Below the pieces are notes generated by a model that saw only the letters and a list, made by a program, of their open reading frames with translations, did not search any database and was not told the DNA's origin. Source: an uncultured Methanoregulaceae archaeon (GTDB lineage: Archaea > Halobacteriota > Methanomicrobia > Methanomicrobiales > Methanospirillaceae). Taken from it: 64,000 bases of DNA. Shown here piece after piece: positions 61,901 through 64,000 of the stretch. Made by a program: the position numbers and the translations under genes. The first letter of the stretch is position 1, and each line of letters starts with the position of its first letter. The DNA lies in NCBI GenBank assembly GCA_963717525.1, contig OY970343.1, positions 416,001 to 480,000 on the forward strand, written 5' to 3'.

Positions 61901-62350
61901 ATGGGTGTTGCAACCGATATCATGCAGACGTTTGCCGCAAGGGAGATCCGTTCCCATTTCCGGGAGAGCGAGGGCTGGGAGTGCCGACAGGAGCCGTCAC
62001 CGGTTCCCGGCTCCATGGCCTTTATTCTCTCCCGCGAGGTGCGGGGGAGAAAAGAGGTCATCCCGCTCGCGGTATGTTATGAGGAGACGCCTTCCCTCTT
62101 CCCGCTCGAGTACCTGACCTCGACAATAAACGTGAAAAAGCTGACCGGAAAATACCTGCTCGTCCCAAAAGGGACAGATGTGACCGCACTTCCGGGAGAT
62201 ATCCGGGTGCTTTTTATGGATTCGTTCGGGTTTATTGATGAGCGTCTGGTCTGGCTCACGAAGAAGAAGAACGCAAAGCAGTACCCTCGACCGGAAGCAC
62301 CTGTCACCTCAGGATCTGCCACACCAGCCTCCGAGCCACATACGGCATAG
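61901..62350 (+). CDS. Hypothetical protein
   Basis: 149-aa ORF following an AT-rich promoter region, divergent from nikR. Confidence 0.65.
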   Translation: MGVATDIMQTFAAREIRSHFRESEGWECRQEPSPVPGSMAFILSREVRGRKEVIPLAVCYEETPSLFPLEYLTSTINVKKLTGKYLLVPKGTDVTALPGDIRVLFMDSFGFIDERLVWLTKKKNAKQYPRPEAPVTSGSATPASEPHTA

Positions 62351-63109
62351 GCATGGGGCAGGTCTCACTTTTTTTCTTGTCCTTTTGCGAAAGATATATT
62401 CCAGCGCTGGCGTGATCGTGGCCTGCCGGGGCACTGGTATAGTCTTTTGCCCGGCACGATCCCATCCGGTACTCAGAATATCTGATCACCGGCACTATGT
62501 GGAAAACCCTGGTGGGTTTATGAGCAGCCTGTTGCGAAGATTTCCCGAGAGTTAAAGAAGAACCCCACAAGTATATCCTTGATAATTTAAAAACGAGTGG
62601 CGGTGATCGTGTCCGTACAGCAGATGGTTGAGCACCGGACCGCTATGGAGGATGGTAATCATGAGGTGATCATGATCGTACAGTGCGGTTGATTCCGGTG
62701 TTAAACGTATTTTATCAACAAATCTGCTGATTCGAGCGAGGTTCTGATATTCCTATTGTTCATGTGTCTGTGTGCATGTGTCCTTTGGGTTTGCGTGCTT
62801 TCTCCAAGGGACATCATCTTTATTGATCACCGAAGATTATAATATTTTCCTTTTAACTTTGAATAATATTAAGTACTAATTGTTATCTAATTCCTGAACG
62901 ACACGAATACAGAATGCAATGGCAAAAGAAGGCGGAATGTTTTCAGAATGATATACAAGCGCATATATCTATGTTACAAGACTGAAGATCTTCTCCGTTC
63001 ATGAAGCATCATCTCTTAAAATTATATTTGGTGTTTTTTCAAGAATACCAGATTCAGGATCCGGCCATAACCCCTGTGCAGGGGAATTGCGTAAAAAAAA
63101 GAAGAAAGA

Positions 63110-63319
63110 TTAGTCAACAGCGATCATGACTTCGCTGGACTTAATCACGGCATATGCCTGTTTACCTACCGCCAGGCCAAGATTAGCAACCGATTTCTTG
63201 GTAATAATGGACGTGATCTCCTGGTCTCCGGGAAGCTCAATGACAACTTCGGAGTTGACGCTCCCGGGCGTGATCGCTTTTACGGTGCCTTTCAGGATGT
63301 TTCGCGCACTGATCTTCAT
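63110..63319 (-). CDS. Molybdate/tungstate-binding Mop (TOBE) protein
   Basis: MKISARNILKGTV...ITSIITKKS..LGL..G..AYAVIKSSEV. Confidence 0.9.
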   Translation of the reverse strand: MKISARNILKGTVKAITPGSVNSEVVIELPGDQEITSIITKKSVANLGLAVGKQAYAVIKSSEVMIAVD

Positions 63320-63742
63320 ACGTATCACCACAGGGAACTGGTGTTGTTCTCTATAAGTACTTTATGATGATTCAAACCAGCCCTTCAAGATTTTTCGGAA
63401 ACCCCATAGTTGCTTTAAATTAATTCAGATTACGGCTCCAAAACGAGTAAATCTCGTGTATTGAATTAAAAGATACTTCATGATGCATGTGAATAACCCG
63501 GCTCTCCCCGGCCGGGAAATGATCAGAGGCGATAAAACTGCTGGAAAGTATTTTACATTCTTTCTTATCAATGCACTATTTTCGCTACAATTGTATTAAT
63601 TGATCAAATAGAATAGAAAATACCAATGCTTTTTAACTACTAGGTATCACTATACATCATAATCGTAACAACATCTTGTGATTATTCCCGGATTCTTCCT
63701 GCTTTTAGGGGGGAATACAGGGACTATCGGAATGGAAATCCC

Positions 63743-64000
63743 ATGATACCCGAGTGGATGCAGAAGATCGAAATCGCACCCTGCGCCTGCTGTACCTTCA
63801 GTACCGGCAAAAAGAAGGGTTTTGTCCAGAAGGCAATCTCTGACATCTTTACGTTTTTTGAAGAATGCCTGGTAAATGACAGCATTGCGCAGCGCAAAGG
63901 TCTGCTGCAGAGCCTGGACCCCCGCGTAAAACTGGTTTCGATGGTTGTCCTTATCTTTGCCGTGGCTATGACCCATGACATCCGGCTCCTTGCAATCGTC
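63743..64000 (+). CDS. ECF-type Co/Ni transporter T component (CbiQ/NikQ), partial
   Basis: Manual translation MIPEWMQKIEIAPCACCTF...GLLQSLDPRVKLV followed by a TM segment; runs off the window end. Confidence 0.75.
   Translation, partial: MIPEWMQKIEIAPCACCTFSTGKKKGFVQKAISDIFTFFEECLVNDSIAQRKGLLQSLDPRVKLVSMVVLIFAVAMTHDIRLLAIV

Noticed and set aside
61640..63742. NikR or ModE operator sites near nikR, mop and cbiQ
   Set aside because: Only half-site-like matches (GTAATAC, GTATCAC, TATAT) in AT-rich DNA; no convincing dyad

Overview
Archaeal chromosomal segment whose gene content points to a methanogen of the Methanomicrobiales, probably Methanoregula-like (inferred from gene families, no database search). 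From left to right it holds: a partial class III ribonucleotide reductase with an NrdH-like redoxin; thpR and cca; a nitrogen-assimilation cluster (glnK, split glutamate synthase gltB1-B2-B3 with an FrhB-like F420-binding subunit, glnA, two amtB, a second glnK, three perfect NrpR-type GGAA-N6-TTCC operators, and a second stand-alone FMN glutamate-synthase-like gene); tRNA-Leu(CAG); two tandem acyl-CoA synthetases, one fused to an N-terminal ribbon-helix-helix domain; tbp; an RPA-associated/metallophosphoesterase/Lhr operon; a long housekeeping run (rfcS, mcm, mptD, tatD, nmd3, Taw2-like, coaBC, pantoate kinase, phosphopantothenate synthetase, second rfcS and others); then a 1.3-kb structured non-coding region with a 32-bp-period palindromic array. 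That region is followed by a miniature 251-aa TnpB/Cas12f-like gene (RuvC plus zinc finger only). The right end has a VIT1 protein, a SpoIIE-type phosphatase, an ABC exporter, nikR, a mop/TOBE gene and a partial cbiQ/nikQ. About 15 single-base frameshifts interrupt conserved genes. Many lie at GTAC or AGCT, which suggests methylation-linked long-read errors rather than pseudogenes. Best novelty candidates: the mini-TnpB with its upstream array, and the RHH-fused acyl-CoA synthetase with TGGTGCACCA sites in its own promoter.
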